A stretch of 64,000 nucleotides of DNA from Vermamoeba vermiformis (Eukaryota): the NCBI GenBank assembly GCA_045837725.1, contig JBEWZL010000239.1, positions 558,001 through 622,000 on the forward strand. Reading direction: 5' to 3'. Both the position numbers and the translations under genes were made by a program. The notes below the pieces were generated by a model, which was given only the letters and a program-made list of their open reading frames with translations, was not told the DNA's origin and did no database searches. This document shows positions 13,702 through 27,827 of this stretch, piece after piece. Within the stretch, counting starts at the first letter, position 1. Each line of letters begins with the position of its first letter.

Positions 13702-14978
13702 ATGGAGAGGTCATCGAGAAGAATTGGTGTCATTACATCGCATTTAATCGCTGCAAGTGAAGAGCGCGGTGTATTTATTGCTCCCACGTCTAATTACAAT
13801 GGTAATTTCTTATAGCTATGATCATGGAGCTAAATTTATTGGCTATGCTGAATTTACTGCCTGAACGATAGCATTTTTTAATAAATGACACTTTCTATGA
13901 GCACATCCGTGCCGCTTCTTGCCCTTCTTTGTAATAATTACCTTCTAATTATAGACTACAAAAATATTATAATTCAAGTTCGTGACAAAGTTGCGCTCGT
14001 GACACTGAATAGACCCAAGGCACTCAATGCCCTGTGCAAAGAACTGGCTGATGAATTGATGGCAGCGCTCAATTTGCTCGACAGAGATGATAACGTGCAC
14101 GTCATAGTTATCACCGGCAGCAAGAAGGCTTTTGCTGGTACGTGGCTGTAAATGTGATCTGGATCTGTCAGAAAATCTAATTTGTTATCGCAGCTGGTGC
14201 AGATATTAAAGAAATGTCCGATAAGAGTATTGTAGAGATGCGTCACCCTGATCAGACACTGCAAGTACTCGATGGCGTTACTAAGATCCAAAAGCCTATT
14301 ATTGCCGGTATGTTGCGGTGATTGAAATTAAATTTCTAACTCATCACAGCGGTCAATGGCTTTGCACTCGGTGGTGGTTGTGAACTTGCAATGATGTGTG
14401 GTAAGTGATGCCAAATACTAGTAATAGGACTCATTATCGCAATAGATATCATTCTCGCTGGCAACAATGCCAAATTTGGTCAACCAGAAGTCAAAATCGG
14501 AACTATTCCGGGCCTCGGTGGCTCGCAGAGACTTGTGCGCGCTATCGGCAAGTCACGTGCGATGGAGATGGTGTTGACAGGTGCCACCATCCCCGTGCAA
14601 GACTTGCAACACAGCGGACTCATTGCGCGCATTGTGCCTGAAGATCAACTCGTGGACGAGGCCTTGAAAATGGCGAAACAAATTGCATCGCTGTCACGGC
14701 CAGTCAGTAAGTCTAGTCCTATAGTCACGACTTAAAGTGCTTTAATTTAACATCCTTGCTAGTCTCGCTGGCCAAAGAGTGCGTGAACAAGGCATTTGAT
14801 CTGAATTTGACTGAAGGCAACAACTTTGAACGTCGCGTGTTCCACGGCACATTCGGCTTGGTAAGTTCAATGCCAAGATAACTTCATAGCGCTTGTTATT
14901 AATGCATCGCAGCACGATCAAAAAGAAGGAATGCGCGCCTTCGTGGAGAAACGACCAGCCAATTGGCAACACAATTAA
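13702..14978 (+). CDS. ECHS1: Enoyl-CoA hydratase (mitochondrial ECHS1-like)
   Basis: Motifs [49 protein letters not shown] and [10 protein letters not shown]. Confidence 0.92.
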
Positions 14979-15032
14979 GAGGTTTATATACTACATCACT
15001 ATGTACACTTGCTGCAAATAACACTCATCCGA

Positions 15033-16197
15033 TCAACTCTCGAGCAGTCCATTGGCCTTGTTAATAGCGCGCAGCACTTCATCGATCTCTGCCATCACTT
15101 CGTGATTTTCCATCTTTTCTTTGTGCAGTTCGCTGTTAATATGCTACAGATACAGTATGTTAGTAAGGGCCGACGAGTCAGTGCACACAACTCACCGAAA
15201 GAAAATCGTTGAATTTGCTGTCACAACACTCGCAGAATCCTTCGCGAGGACGATAGCTGTCAGTCGAGTCCTCAATCAGTGCGGTGCTCTTCTGTTGGCC
15301 CAGGGACGTGCGACGGACTTTGTTGGCGTCTGATTGGGCGCGACGGAAATCAGACGGTGTTGGTGCAGCCCAAATACCTGCCCCGCGCGGTGCTTCTAAG
15401 TGCAGCGAAGGCAATGTGGACTGACCATTGCTGTCCACTGCGAACTCTCGTTTGACAGTACGCACTTCACCGCGCACATCTTCAATGGCAATGAACGGCA
15501 CGGCATTGACTGGCGGTGTGATCACTGCTGCAGTGCCTTGTTCGTTCAACCACGTGACAAAAGCTGCGAGAGGTATTAGTGCTGGGCACCTTATATAAGA
15601 TACAATACGTACTGGACAAGTGCAGCACTTTAATGTTGAATTTGCGTGCAATGTCAATGAGGTTGTTGTTTGATTGCACCGCTTGAATCATCGATGCGAC
15701 TCGCTTGTTCGGCGACTGGACTCAATTAGCTAACTGTGATCATAAAGAACCCACTTACATCAGTGCTGCGCGCTATATGTGCAGGAATAGCCTTCGGTCT
15801 GTGGTCGATTAGCTCAGGTTTGATTGGTAGCTAATCAATTTGAACTTACTTGGCTGCGGCTTTGTTTAATTCCTCAGATCCAAGAGAGCTCGTAATATTC
15901 GACGTAAATACACTTGTATCCGCTCCTTGAGGTAGCTTTTTGCCCGTTATCAAGTGTGTAACGACTTTGGCATCGAAAGACAGCGACACATCCTACATAG
16001 ATCGAATCAATCGCTGATAAATCTTTCGATGTTTTACTACAAATATGTATTAATGTTTTACGTACACCTCCGTATTGTAATATTTGTTTCTTTAATTTCT
16101 CTGCATTGCTCTCACTTAAATCCAAATAAAATACTTTGCCGCTGAGAAGTTCCTCCTTTGCAATACGCCTCCTCTTTGTTGGCCGACTACTGCTCAT
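15033..16197 (-). CDS. DBF4: Dbf4/ASK-like Cdc7 kinase regulatory subunit
   Basis: N-terminal BRCT-like GKVFYLDL...ILQYGG, motif-M-like PFIAIED and C-terminal zinc finger EGFCECCDSKFNDFLS-HINSELH. Confidence 0.75.
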
Positions 16198-16441
16198 TGT
16201 GTATTATTGTGCTATAGACCTGAAGAGATTTTGAATATTTGGCGGCAGAAAGGGCGGCAAAAAAATATCACGTGGAGAAAGCACGTGTCGATTAGTTCTG
16301 CATACGTCGCTGATTTAAAAGAAAATTGAAGACCAAGTCAGCACACAACCTCTGCTGTATTTGAAAATTGATGATCGGACGAGTGTAGAACTTTCTCATT
16401 AGTATTCAAGTGCATCCAGAGGTGTTTGTTTTTCGTTCAGG

Positions 16442-19400
16442 ATGGACGTCAAAATCAACGATATAAAAATGAATGAGGTAGATATTATTATCGGTGAGAT
16501 ACAGAGCGTCCTCACCGCGATGCGCATGAACACGCGGTGGTCCTCAAAAAATAGATTGGTAAGCAAAGCAATTTTATTTTTATGCTACAATTTTATTTTA
16601 TTTATTCATATCACACATATGAATAATATCGATAATAATTAACGTTTAAATACGTCGTAATAAATTCTCACATTTATTTGAAAAATAGAAACTGGGCATT
16701 GAAAGCCCATTATTGACCAATCTGTTGACGCTCAGAACTCGATTGGAATCTCTACCTACAAAGGGTAATGATAAACTCGTCGTGGTTGACAAGAATTAAC
16801 AGTTTTATTACAGATCTCTTTCGGATTGAACCTTTGGACTACTTGAAACCCTTCCTTGATATTATTTTATCCACTGAGACTACAGGGCCAATAACAGGCG
16901 TGGCACTATCAGCCGTCAACAAGTTTTTAAAGCTCAATTTTTTGAGTACGTTGCGTAGATCCAAGCGACTATTTGATTATTAGTTTCTAATCAGTATTCA
17001 TATAGAAAAGGACTCTTATCGTGTTGATGAAGCTATACGAGCTATTGCTGATTCAGTAGCGCACTGCAAGTAAGTTGTGTTAAGACAGCAAATATCAAAA
17101 CTAATTCGCGTGGCAGGTTTGAAGGCACAGATCCAGAAACAGATGAAGTCGTGTTATTGAGAATACAACGCACATTATTAGCATGCTTAGAGTGTCCGCT
17201 TGGATATTTGTTAAGCGATCAAAACATTACAGAGATGGTACAGACTTGCTTCAAAATGAGCATTCAAGTTCGTCTCAGTGGTAAGTTCTCACCCTCACAA
17301 ATCGCTTAATAGCATATACTAATCATCATATCAGTATTGTTGCGTAAATCCGCGGAGATGACACTAGTAGACATGATTCGCTTCATTTTTGCGAACTATG
17401 ATCCGAAGAACGATCACAAGCCTTCACCGCCCACAACGCAGCCTGTCTCAGCGACACAAACAGCCACAATCTCACTCTCGACTGAAGGCATCACTAACGC
17501 GCTTGACATTGCTCCCTCACAGCCCTCTGATGCCGCAGAGTCAAGTGCTGTAGCCAATCGTTTCATCAACCGACAAGGCGTAGCTTTTCAAGTCCCTGAA
17601 GACAGCAATCCGCAGAGTATGTATTAGTCCTGTTATTAGTGTTCTCTTGCTTACTCTTTGCAGTTATATACAAGCCGTACGACGTGACTGGCCTCGCGAA
17701 CTTGATGAACTTTTTGTGTTCTATTATCAACCCCAAAGACGTGAACAACACAGACTCGATGCAGTTCTTGGGCCTCACACTGATCAACACCATCATTGAA
17801 GTCATGGGCTCCACGCTGCAGAACAGTCCTCGTCTGCTCCAGATTGTCACTGAAGATTTGACGCGCTATCTCTTGCAGAACTTGCAGACAGACAACGTCT
17901 CCATCCTCGCACTCAACATTCGTGTCTTCTTCAATGCATTCTTTGCCCTGCGCTCTAACGTCAAATATCAGCTCGAATTGTTCTTCAATGACATGTTGAC
18001 ACTGCTCACCAACAAACAAGTCGCGTTTGAACTCAAAGAAGTGGTGCTCGAAATACTCGTGCAGCTGTGCAAGGACACGACGTTCTTGGTGGATTTGTAC
18101 ATCAACTTTGATTGTAACTTGCAATGCAACAATTTGTTCGAGAAACTGTTGGAGTTCTTGTACAAGGTACGTGGTATTTGTGTGGATTCATTGCTGTAGC
18201 TAACATATTGCAGAACTCGTGCCCGGTCAATGGCGCATTGTTGCCTGTCAACTTGTCATCCTTGGAGGGTCTGTTAGCAATCATCAACAACATTGGCGAG
18301 AGAATGCGCACAGTGTCATCGCCCGTCAATGTATGTTATAATAATTGACTTTAGATGACTTTGATTATAACCTATTCTCCCTAGCCTCCTGTCCCAATTG
18401 AAACCTTGCAAGAGCAAAAACAACTCAAGACAATTTTGATGGCAGGTGCTGAAGCATTCAACAAAGAGCCAAAAGACGGCTTTCAATATTTGCAAGAAAA
18501 GAAGATTTTGTCCACGCCACTTGAGCCTGAATCTGTGGCTGAATTCTTACGTCGCACGACATTTGTGAACAAGAAGGTGATTGGTGAATATTTTGGCAAA
18601 GACAAAGAGTTCAATCAGCTCGTCGTGAAGTACTACTGCAAGACATTTGACTGGAGGGGCCTCGATGTTGAAACAGCTATGAGACAACTGTTGGAGTCGT
18701 TCAGATTGCCCGGCGAGGCACAACAGATCAGTCGTATCGTGACTGCATTCAGCCACGAGTTCATGGCGCAAGGACTCACCACGGACCTCGCTGACATCGA
18801 TGCCTTGGAGCTCTTGGCATTCTCTATTATTATGCTGAACGTCGATCAGCACTCGACGAAGATCAAGGACGCCGACCGCATGACACTCGATCAATACATC
18901 AGGAACGTGCGCGGTCAAAATGGTGGCAAAGACTTCCCTCAAGAGTTGGTGATGAACATTTACAATCGCATCAAAGAGAACGAAGTCAAAATCCCCGAAG
19001 AACACTTGGCTGAAGGTGTGCTCGATCACGCTGTTTGGTCGCATTTAGTCCGCAAATACAGCACGCAAAAGGACTACGCCGAGTTCTTGGAGACAGGTGT
19101 CACAGCCAAGTGCTACGATGGCATGGTTTATAATGTCGTTTGGCGCGTGGCACATGCCGCACTCAAAGCAGTCATCACCGTCACTGCTGACCCTGAACTG
19201 ATCATCAAAGTCAACGACGCGTTTGCCACGTGTGCAGAGATCTCCAACAAGCTGCAACTGACGAGTGCATTTGACAACTTGATCATTACACTCTGCGACC
19301 TCTCAACCATTCTCACGAGCAGTTCTGATCGCTTCTTGGCTGACTTCAGCAACGACAAGAAAGCGCAACTGCTCACCATCACGCTGTTCGCCAGTGCGCG

Positions 19401-21341
19401 CAAGTACGGTGACAATTTGCGCGAGGGCTGGCGCAACATCTTAGTGTGCCTGATCCGCTTGAATGCTCTCGAACTGTTGCCCCCACTCACTGACATAGAG
19501 GACGTGTTCCCTGTCAAGATTGATCCCAAAGGTACGTAGCGAGGCCTATTGTGCACTATTGAGTGCTTACTTTATTCTCAGAAAAATCACGTGGCGAGTC
19601 CCCAGTGCTCGGTCGACTGCTGACTGAAGGCTACAACTTGTTGTCCTTCTCGTTCTTCGGCTCTGACTCGAAACAAGAACAAAAGGAAAATCAGCCTGAA
19701 AACAAGCTCAAGGTCAAAGTGCGCACAGATCTGCTCGAGTGTGGCTTCAAAGAGCTCATTGTCAGCTCCAAGTACGTGCACAATCAGGTCACCATAGCCC
19801 TTATTAACCTTCATGCAGGTTCTTAAAACAAGACTCCCTCTCGTTCTTGATGAAAGCACTCATCTTGGGCTGCAGTCCACGCAAGTCCTCGAAAAAATTC
19901 GACGAGTCCACCGCAACACTGTGCTTAGACCTGCTCATGTTCGTGTGCCTATTGAATGACTATCGCATTGCTGAGCTGTGGCCGTTAGTCAGCGACCATC
20001 TCGGTCAGCTGGTCAATTCATTCTCACAACAGAGCACGCAGCTGTTGATCACGCGCACAGTGGTCAACATGCTCTACTTGGCCCTCAAACTCGTCAAGGA
20101 CCCTCAAGTATCCGAACAAGTGCTCGCGACGATGCTCTACTTGACCAAGTAAGTGACGCGCTTCCTGTCCGCATCTTTTCTCACCTCTTCAGAATGCACC
20201 CTTACGCCGACAAGATGATGGCACGCAAGATTTCAGTTGGCTTTAAAAAGATTGTCAAAGAGAATGCAGCAGTGTTAGGGTAAGCCACTTAACATTATAA
20301 TCGCATCACTAGTACTCATGCCACAACAGTCCTCGCTCGACTTGGGAGCTCGTGTTCCATCTCCTCAAGTACACATTGGGATCACCCGCCACAAGTCTCC
20401 AAGGCCTCAAAGCGATCAGCTACGTGATCAACAATCACCACGTGTCCAGCGAGAACTTTGGTGCGTGTGTTGAGTTTGTAGGTGCCATAGCTCGTGTCGA
20501 CGGCGTTCCACAAGAAGCTGTCATCAAGTGCTGTGAACTCCTCGCCGTGCTCAGCTCGCAAGTGAATCGTGTCAAGCGACTTGAAGGCGAGATCAGCCCT
20601 GACGACGAGAAAGATGCCCTCATGTTCTATTGGATACCTGTGCTGCAACGCCTGGCTACCCTGAGCCGTGACAAGCGTTGGGATGTGCGCAACAAAGCAA
20701 TCACCATGATGCAGCGCGCACTGTTGTTAGATCACATGACAGCAATCAGCGCGGATGGCTGGCACATTCTCTTCGATCAAGTCATCTTCCCACTCGTCGA
20801 CGAAGTGTTGAAGGCTGAGGACGCTAATCTGCCGAAAGACAACATTGAAGAGCTTCGAATTCGTGCCTCCACCATCTTGTGCAAGACATTCTTGCAGTAT
20901 TTGCCGAAGATAGTGCAATCGGGCGACTTCAACACGTTGTGGCTCAAGATTCTGCGCTACATCGAGCTGTACATGAAAGAAAAGAAGGGCGTCTTGGCTG
21001 AAGCTACTGCCGAGTCCTTGAAGAACATTCTGCTCGTGATGATCACCTCTGAAATATTGCGCCCACTCGCACCGGGCCAAGAACAGCCGCAAGACCCCTC
21101 TCAGTCCTTGTGGGTGTTGACGTGGCAGACCATCGATCGATTCTGCCCAGGACTCGACAAAGAGATCGCTGTGAAGCGTCCTCAAGACAAGCCTGCTGAG
21201 CCTGCTCCAACCACCGCCGCGGCACCGACTGAACAAGAAACGCAAGCTAATGTCGCGAGTGAACTACCCGCGGAAGTTAAAGCGAGTGAAGCCAGCACTG
21301 TAAATACCACCACTGACGCTGAGTCCTCTTCGCTTGTATAA
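16442..21341 (+). CDS. GBF1: Large ARF-GEF, GBF1/GNOM type (DCB, HUS, Sec7 and HDS domains)
   Basis: Motifs TTGPITGVALSAV, LYINFDC (HUS box), Sec7 FRLPGEAQQISR and IIMLNVDQH, and EGWRNI. Confidence 0.93.
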
Positions 21342-21386
21342 ATTAAATGTCACCCACTGTTTTCATTCTAAATTATTTGTACAAGT

Positions 21387-23223
21387 TTATTTATCGTTAG
21401 ATACAAAGTCCTTCATTGGATCGTCAAACCGGACACGTTTGTTGCGATACTCCTCCATGTCCTTGTCCGACACATCAACATCGGCCATGGAATTGTACTT
21501 CCTCTTCTTGCTGTCCAACACACTGCCCTTGTCCTTCTTCGACTTCTTTTCTTTCTTTTTCTTCTTTTTCTTGTCGCTGCTCTCACTGTCACTGCTGTCA
21601 CTATCGCTGTCGTTGTTGGACTGCGATTTGTTCTTCTCTTCACTCTTCTCGTCATTCGCAGGCACTTCAGTGGCAGGGGGCACCTCTTTCTTCAGCACCA
21701 GACCAGTGCAGTAGCTGTTCTTCACAAATTGATGGCAGCACGCAAAGCCCCACTGACCATCGTGCCAATACGAGCCCCACACCTTGGTGTGATTGTTGAG
21801 GAACACGTCCTCTTCCCACTTACTGCGCACTACTCGCACTGGTTCATCGCCCTTGATGATCTTGCCGTCCGGTCCATATTCAAAGTACTGCTCGGTCTGT
21901 GCCACCACATCTTTGGGCGGGGCTGACAAGTGTTCTTTGCCACCGTACTGTTCGAGCAACTGTTCCATTTGTTTCTTCTTCTCTTCTGAGCTCTGCGTCT
22001 TGACTTTTTTGAACACTGTCTCAGCTTGTGACGGCACTGCCTGCAAATGTGTGTCGTTGCCTGATTCAAAGGCCTCCCACGCAAATTTTTGCATTTCATA
22101 GAACTTTTGTGCATCGCCCGTGAGTCGCACGAAATTGTCGCCAACAAATGTGCTCTCTTCAGCCTTCTGCGGGTCATTCTTGTACGGATTGTCGCGCATA
22201 CTGCGACTCTTCGGGTCGTAGAAAGCAGAATTGGGATCGAGATTGCGCAGATACTTGGCAATGTCTTCACGAATGCGCAGATCTCGCACGGTGTTCTTCG
22301 AGTCTTGCTTCGATGCGAATTTGTCTGCCGCAGTCTCAGCCTCTTTGAACTCATCGTCCTCGTTGTCCTCGTCCTCAGTCTTCTTGTCGCTCAGATATTT
22401 CAGTGCTTGTTCTTCTGCTTTGCGGCGCATGCGCTCTTCTTCAACGGCCTCGTACTCTGTGGCGTCATTAGTCTCGCTGCACACGATGAATTCAGTCCTG
22501 CGAGTACTTACGCTCCATGACTTGTTTGTAGCTCTCGGGATCGTAGCCGTTCCATCGATCGTGTTTGCCGGCATAATCGAGCTGCAAATTGGTCACAAGT
22601 TCATCGGGCTTGATGTCCACGGCTTTGTACTTGGCACCAATCTTGCGCGGTCGTTCAGTGCACTCCTTGGCCTTGTGTGTCATTGCGCCGCAGTTGGTGC
22701 ACGCGCCCTTGCGGTACTTGGTGGCAGCAGGACCAGCGACCTCCCCGCGCGGGTACCACGTGTTGATGCTCTCAGTGGCAGTGACATTCTCGGCAAAGTT
22801 CTTGAGCCGTTGATGCTTCAAACTGGCTTGGCCGCTGTTCAAGTACCCTGCGCAGTGTTAGCCGTGACATCGCGCATTCAAATAGGAGCTGGTACTTACA
22901 AGGTGCCTTGGAGATGTATTGGGGAATGTGCGGGTTAATGTCGCGTCCTTCTTCATCGACCTCAGGGGCTGCTGTGCCTGCCTTGCGCGCCTCTTCAAGT
23001 TGTTTTTCTTTGATGCGATCTTCGCGGGTCTTTCGTTGTGCTAATAACGCATTAATATACTGTAACTGTAGTGACAGAAAAAAGCAATTTCTACATTATC
23101 GTAAATTGAATAAAAAAATAATATAATTTCATCAATAATAATCCAAGGGCACCAAATGATTAGCGACACAATGTGCCAAAATATAATTTAGTATTTTAAT
23201 TAATTATCAAACTTACCTGACAT
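21387..23223 (-). CDS. SLU7: Pre-mRNA splicing factor SLU7
   Basis: Motifs [14 protein letters not shown], zinc knuckle [38 protein letters not shown] and [10 protein letters not shown]. Confidence 0.96.
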
Positions 23224-23436
23224 TGTGACGAAGATCCGATCCTTTGTTTTAATGTAAATATTGAACTGGTTGACTAATGGACAATATTGATCACCAGCAG
23301 TTGTTTTGTTCAATGTTTACGCTCACAAACAAAATAAGAGTTGTTTTGTGCTGTGCGATCGACAACGCAAAGAAAAAGCAAAGAATTCTTGTTGCTATTT
23401 GCACTTCCAGTTTTATAGGCATTATATATTATATAT

Positions 23437-25121
23437 TTACAGGTTGTGGTGCCAGGCCTTGATCTTAGCGCGCAATTCACTAGACACGGGGTCGTAGCTC
23501 TTGGGCACTTGTTTCCACTCGCGCGCCACTCGCTCGCGCACAGTGGAGAAGTCGTCCCACTTGAAGCCGCGCACAGGGCCCTTGTCATACACGACAGCGA
23601 GCATGTTGTTCGGATCTACCTCGTGCTCCTCTGCGGGGAATATTGTGGGCACGCCATTCACACGCACGACTTTCAAGCGACCCGGGAATGAGATTTTGTT
23701 CGCATCCGACTAGCACACTCGTTAGTTGATTGCGCGCATGTAACTCACAGTAGTGTCTTGACTCACCTTAGGTCTCTTCATGACATCAACTGCCTGACCA
23801 TTAGCATAGCGGATGAAGCTGAGCTTGGTGGCGAATGACATGGTGTCACGATTGACCTTCTGCAACAGACCACCGCCCATGCCAAATGCAACACTCTGCG
23901 GTGAATAGCCTGCTTTCTTGATCTCTTGGAGCAGTCTGGTACCGTGTGTTAGTCAGTGTTCATATGAGCCATGGTGGTGTTTGACTCACCTTTTGACCAC
24001 TTCGTAGTTGATGCCGTCACCTTGAATCACCCCCGAGTGATTGAGGACCTTGTAGCCCTTGCTGTTGACTGTGTGGCCGAAGCACGCATCAGCTGCGCGC
24101 AGTCCTGCGAGCACTACTTCAATGGGATCACCGCTGTCTGGACGCAAGATCATCGTGCCACCGCGCTGCTTCAAGAAGGGCGCTATTCGCGGCAGTACCT
24201 CATTCAGCGCAGCATCGTAGTCGTAGCTGTCCATCACCACTGAGAAGGTCTTGCCTTCACCGCCAAAGTGTTCGATCATGTTGCGAATAGCGGCCTCTTC
24301 CGTGGGCCACGAAGTCATGACACTGTGTTCAGTGGCGGGCAAAGACTGACCAATCGGCCGTCCGTTATTGAGCACAAACTGCGCGTAATAAGCCGCAGAC
24401 ATGGTGTCCGTGCCCACAAAGTTCAACAAGTGCGCGCAACCTCCAATGACTGCGAGCAGTTAGCGAATTGAAAACGTTCTGTGAAACAAATTAGATTGCA
24501 CAACATACCTGATTGCTCGACTGAAGTGCAGCCTCTAAAGCCAAAGTCGTGGAGGCGTGACTCGGCAATTCCTTGATCGGCTTCGTCAACGCATTCGCGG
24601 AAAGCTTCATCTATCAACTCGCGAGCCCGTCTGGAAAGAGTTGCCACACAGGTTGGGTACCATACTTGAGTTAAAATAGTCTCGAAGAAGGTGCATAATT
24701 TGGCGTATTCTTGTTCGGCCGTAATTTGAAATACCGGAACATGAGCGTTCGCAACTGTGCCTTCTAGAAGTGCTTCGACTTTAATTGGAAAGTATCCGTC
24801 ATTTTCAGCGATAAATTTTAAAAATAAATCGCGAGGGTATTGGAACTGTTGGTGGCCGTAGTTGTGGGTCTTGTAAAATGCATCCGCTAGTTCCACTTCT
24901 TCAACCGTCCATTTGTGGTTTAAATAATTTTCTACAATATATCTGATGCCATAAAATACAAATCTAGTGTCTTGCTTGTCTCCCTCAAAGCCTCGACGAA
25001 ATTCTCCATAAGCGGTTGTCTTTGTGGCATCTGGGTACTGTGCATAATGACCGGCCTTGTAAGAATCGGTCAAAATAGCAATGGGGATTGGTACGTTAAC
25101 GAGCGATTGCTGTGTCGCCAT
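23437..25121 (-). CDS. NAMPT: Nicotinamide phosphoribosyltransferase (NAMPT/NadV family)
   Basis: Motifs LTDSYKAGH, LHDFGFRG, GTDT, PATEHSVMT, VVMDSYD, LRPDSGDP, QGDGIN and FGMGGGLLQKVNRDT. Confidence 0.92.
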
Positions 25122-25520
25122 TGTTGTTCTTCGTGTCGTAAAATTTACAAGAATAAATTCACCTTTAATTTAATTTCCCTCGCAACCCGCGAACACGAAC
25201 GTTGATGGTTTATTTCTTTTTTTTATGATCGGCACCGCCGTGGTGAAGGCCATCGTGATGTTAGGTCAATACCACGAGGCAAACGCAGTACAGCCGTTAT
25301 CTCGGCCTCATAGAACACAATCGCGAGTTGAGGCGGGCCGACTTGTGAAAGCCGAGCGGAAATACTGCACACACCAGTTTCGCTGACTATTGTGAGCAGA
25401 AGTTGCTATTTTATGGGCACCAACCTGCAGACAAATTGTGGGAGACAGCTTGTAAAGTACGGACAACAGAACATTCGTTCTCCAACGCGTGTAAACAGCC
25501 AACACGTGTGGGTAAATAAT

Positions 25521-26585
25521 ATGAGCTTGTCCCAACTCTCTTTCGATCAGCTGCCGCGTGAGCTTCGTGTCGAGATTCTGCAGCACTGCTCAGTTCAAAC
25601 TCTCGGAAGGTTTATTCAGACAAGCTCTCAAAGTGAAGCATTGGTCGGCAAATCAATATGGCAAAGGAGAATCGAAGAGATCAATCCTTCCATCTGGAGA
25701 AAATTAAAAAAAAAAACTAGAAAAGGCGATTTAAAATTGCTTTGTGCAATTGTGGCAAGTTCGGTACGATTAATGTGGTATATTGTATTTAAATGCCTGA
25801 CCGCGTTTAGAGTACCACCTGCAGCTGTCATTGGAGCATGCCTGTCAAACTCCCCTTGAAGACAGACTTCCTACTCCACCTCGATGCACTATTTTCTGTC
25901 CCAGCGCAAAATGCTTTACTGTGCTATTTACTCTCTTACTCACGGCACGGTTCCTATGGAATTAACAATCTTAATAAAAGGTACAAGTAGCCTCCAAGTA
26001 CAACTGATTGCTTAAAGACAGTGCTCATATTTGTATCAATAGCATCGGAATGCGAACTGGCGATGTTTTACTGACTCATCGCAAGATAAAGCCGTGGATG
26101 GAGCAAAACTTGGGTGGAAATCGTTTCTCGCTTCGGTAAGTGCTGCTAATCAGCACAAATGCTCTCTAATCTCCTTCAGACTATTTTTGCACGGCTATTT
26201 TATGGTAACTTACTGTTTTGGAATGAGATGGAAGGTGGATCCATTATTCGTACGCAATCAACAAGTCTTCTCGAAACTTACCTTGCGTGATCCTGAGTCC
26301 AATGTCATTCCGTTCAATCCAAAAATGAAGGCAACAAAATCTGGAATGAAAATAGATACCGAGCACAAGTTCTATTCGATCGAAGCAATTAAAAGGCAAA
26401 AGTTGACCTGTCAACTCAACGGTCAATCAGTGTCACCCAACGATCTCTATTACCTGTTCGACTATGCACGTCTGTCAATTAGTAAAGACAGTCCGCACTC
26501 TTGCTTGAGCTTAAACAAGATACCTGCTGTAATACAAGAGTGGTTGATGAACGATGGCCTTAAAGTACGTGGATATTCTGATTGA
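25521..26585 (+). CDS. F-box domain protein with an unrecognised C-terminal region
   Basis: FDQLPRELRVEILQHCSVQTLGRF is an F-box. Downstream exons join through GT-AG introns to ORF 26094-26585. Confidence 0.6.
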
Positions 26586-26734
26586 TTGAATAAAGATTCT
26601 AAAATAGCAGGTCGGACGTTTACAATTATAAGACAGTAATCGCTTTATTGATATCAACAATTACGTCACTAAAAAAAACCTATCAATACAAAAAGGCAAG
26701 AAAAAATCGCGGTAAGTGCGTCGAACGATGAAAT

Positions 26735-27746
26735 TTAATCGTCATCATCGTCGTCATCATCACCGTCGTCATCGTCCTCTTCGTCCTCGCTCTCTTCCTT
26801 CTTCTTCTTCTTGGGAGCAGCCTTCTTCTTGGGAGCGGCCTTCTTCTTGCCAGCATCAGGGTTGTTTTTCTAAATTGGCGCGAAGTCAGTTTTAAATCGC
26901 AATGTAAAAGACGCTATGCAACAATTTACCTTGTACTCGGCCATCTCTTCTTCGTATCTTTCCTTGTCCTTGGCGGCCTTGTCGTTGAAGGGCTGAAAAA
27001 AAATTTCGAAGATGAGCCAACCAAACGAAAAAAACGTAACATTTAAATGCTCGCAAGAACCGAGAGAGCGGTCGCTTACCTTCTTATCAGCTTCAGAAAG
27101 GGAGCTCCACATCTTGGAGGCCTCCTTGGCGATGTCTCCGAAGGCGATGCCAGGATTGTTGGCCTTAATCTCCTCGCGCTTTTCAGTGGAGAAGATCAAA
27201 TAGGCAGACTTGGGTCTCTTGGGGGCATCATTGTCCTTCTTGGCCTTCTTGGTGGTCTTCGATTGCTTTTGGCTCTCGGCCTTTCGCTTAGTTCCCTTGC
27301 CTAGACGGAACGAAAAAAAGTTTGATTAATTATCTTGCCGTTAGCGACAGAAACACAAAGATCAAGCAATATTGAGTTGAATTATTATTGAAAACGAGAA
27401 AAAAGGACAATTTTCTTCGGTAATCCGATCTCGTAGATGACGGATTACCAAAAAGTAGAAAAACAATCAGGAAAGAGTCCGAACAAACAACTTACTATCA
27501 GACATTGTCTTGTTGCTGTTATGAGAGGTATGGAAATTAAAATGAAGCCCGTTACAAGCGCAGACAAAAAAACCTCGTAGGGCAAAAAAAATGTTAGCGC
27601 TGATTTTTTGCCTGGTCCTCTCTCCGCAGAAAAAAACGAGGTTGTAACGGATAAATAATTGAGCGGCAATCGAATTTTAAGCTTCGGTCTTGAATTTTGA
27701 CTCAGTAGATACTACGGAAGGGATAAGGATACTAATACGGACTCAT
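26735..27746 (-). CDS. Single HMG-box protein (Nhp6/HMGB-like) with basic and acidic tails
   Basis: DAPKRPKSAYLIFSTEKREEIKANNPGIAFGDIAKEASKMW...DKERYEEEM, followed by a D/E-rich tail. The first intron is about 440 bp. Confidence 0.9.
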
Positions 27747-27827
27747 GGTGACTAAATTCTTTTTTTTGCCGGATACGATCTCCTTCAACAATAAAGCTTA
27801 TTGCAGCTTCATAAAGAAAAAAAATCT

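Noticed and set aside
27720-27742. U12-type donor (GTATCCTT) in the first intron of the HMG gene
   Set aside because: Using it gives the wrong phase. The GT directly after ATG-A gives the in-frame MSKGTKRK.
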